A stretch of DNA of 38,337 bases from Oleiphilaceae bacterium (GTDB lineage Bacteria; Pseudomonadota; Gammaproteobacteria; Pseudomonadales; Oleiphilaceae). Positions within the stretch are counted from its first letter, which is position 1; each line of letters starts with the position of its first letter. The position numbers and the translations under genes are program-made. The DNA lies in contig JBFHVM010000001.1 in the NCBI GenBank assembly GCA_041589495.1, forward strand, positions 1 to 38,337. The letters run 5' to 3'. The notes under the pieces were generated by a model. The model ran no database searches. It saw nothing but the letters and a program-made list of their open reading frames with translations, and had not been told where the DNA came from. Below are positions 37,488 to 38,337 of the stretch, piece by piece.

Positions 37488-38337
37488 TCAAGGCTGCACA
37501 ATAATCGTCTTCAAACCTTTCGCCACATCGCGCTCTTCGATTTCTGGCGCGGTGGAAAGCACTTGCATACTGCTTGCTTCGGAGAAGGTAAGGGCCAGGT
37601 CGGTTTTGAATTCTTCGATGCATACCTGCGGATTATTCAAGCAACAGAATAGTTGTCCACCAGGCTTGAGGCTGCCCTGTACAATCTGGAGAAGTTTTTG
37701 GTAATCGCGCCAACCATGAAAGGCTTTTTTCTGATAGGGAGGTGGATCGAGAATGATCAGGTCGTAGTCCTGGCGTGATTCAAACCAGCGTGCCGACTTG
37801 AGAATGTCACGCTTATAAAAGGCAGCTTTGCCGTCGTGTATGTGATTGTGTTGGTGATTACGCTGCGCGATCTTGAGTACGTTTGCTGCCATATCAACAT
37901 TGTCGACCCGTTCGGCACCGCCTTTGAGCGCAAACAGAGAAAAAATTCCCGTGTAGCAGAAAAGATTAAGTACTTTTTTCCCAGCGGCGTTTTCTGCCAA
38001 CCATTGCCAGCCCGCACGCATATCCAGAAAGGCGCCGGTATTACGGTTTTTGCCCAGCGTGATCGCTGCTTCCAGGTCATCGGCCAACTTAACCCAGCCT
38101 TGCCAGGGTAATTGGGTTTCGAGCCTTTGACACAGAATACGTGTGACGAAGTCCGGCCATTCGCGTTGCTGCACCAACACCGCTTTAACGATGTCGTTTT
38201 GCTCAAAAACGGTTTGTAGTGTCTCGGTAATATGTGGTGCAAGCTTGTCGCCAAAATGCTGCACAAACAGATAAGGCGGATACCACTCTACATTGCATTG
38301 CTCCCAGCCTTCGTATGCGCGGCCGCGACCATGCAGC
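37488..38337 (-). CDS. class I SAM-dependent methyltransferase (RlmI/YccW-like rRNA methyltransferase family), 5'-truncated by the window edge
   Basis: The frame stays open upstream of the ORF-track GTG at 38264, all the way to base 38337 (...LHGRGRAYEGWEQCNVEWYPPYLFVQHFG...). SAM motif I-like VLNLFCYTGIFSLFA and motif IV LILDPPPY. Confidence 0.75.
   Translation of the reverse strand, partial: LHGRGRAYEGWEQCNVEWYPPYLFVQHFGDKLAPHITETLQTVFEQNDIVKAVLVQQREWPDFVTRILCQRLETQLPWQGWVKLADDLEAAITLGKNRNTGAFLDMRAGWQWLAENAAGKKVLNLFCYTGIFSLFALKGGAERVDNVDMAANVLKIAQRNHQHNHIHDGKAAFYKRDILKSARWFESRQDYDLIILDPPPYQKKAFHGWRDYQKLLQIVQGSLKPGGQLFCCLNNPQVCIEEFKTDLALTFSEASSMQVLSTAPEIEERDVAKGLKTIIVQP

Noticed and set aside
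37405-37623. 72-aa ORF ending in ...GLGSAVCGLGSAVWGLGSGV.
   Set aside because: The repetitive tail is just the heptamer microsatellite read in all three frames. The rest overlaps the methyltransferase 3' end out of frame.

Overview
38.3-kb chromosomal segment that reads like a gammaproteobacterium, with roughly balanced GC by eye. I saw no rRNA, tRNA, CRISPR array, transposase or integrase. The backbone is arginine catabolism. A Pseudomonas-style arginine succinyltransferase (AST) operon, astC/aruC-aruF-aruG-astD-astB, lies at 4.8-11.0 kb on the + strand. A basic-amino-acid ABC importer (hisP-argT-hisQ-hisM) runs straight into astE at 28.6-24.4 kb on the - strand. These two halves are separated by about 13.4 kb of unrelated cargo: (i) a near full-length but catalytically degenerate class I lysyl-tRNA-synthetase-like protein, followed by an orphan amino-acid-binding lipoprotein translationally coupled to a divergent aldehyde dehydrogenase; (ii) a HAMP histidine kinase plus a REC-GAF-GGDEF(degenerate)-EAL response regulator; (iii) a cupin, an unrecognisable 326-aa protein divergent from a LysR regulator, an FRG-domain protein and a DUF4382-like lipoprotein. 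Downstream lie a Tat-signal FAD lactone-oxidase-like enzyme and a MAPEG protein. Next is a 3.7-kb stretch in which five of six genes are broken by seven lesions: a small ORF, a GAF protein, a NarL-type regulator and its PAS kinase. After that come a tightly coupled two-gene operon of unknown function (129 aa plus a 283-aa protein that I tentatively recall as Nmad3-like), a TetR regulator and a cytochrome c5-like lipoprotein. The window edges cut a saccharopine-dehydrogenase-family gene and a SAM methyltransferase gene. At the non-coding scale, degenerate heptanucleotide arrays in the register NNNNGAC recur at four intergenic sites. The largest is a 10-copy CCCAGAC/CGCAGAC array, G-quadruplex-capable on the - strand, within a modular repeat upstream of the cytochrome promoter. 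Best candidates for something undescribed are the LysRS-like/SBP/ALDH trio, the 34.8-36.1 kb two-gene operon and the DUF4382-FRG pair. All family calls are motif recognition by eye; no searches were run.
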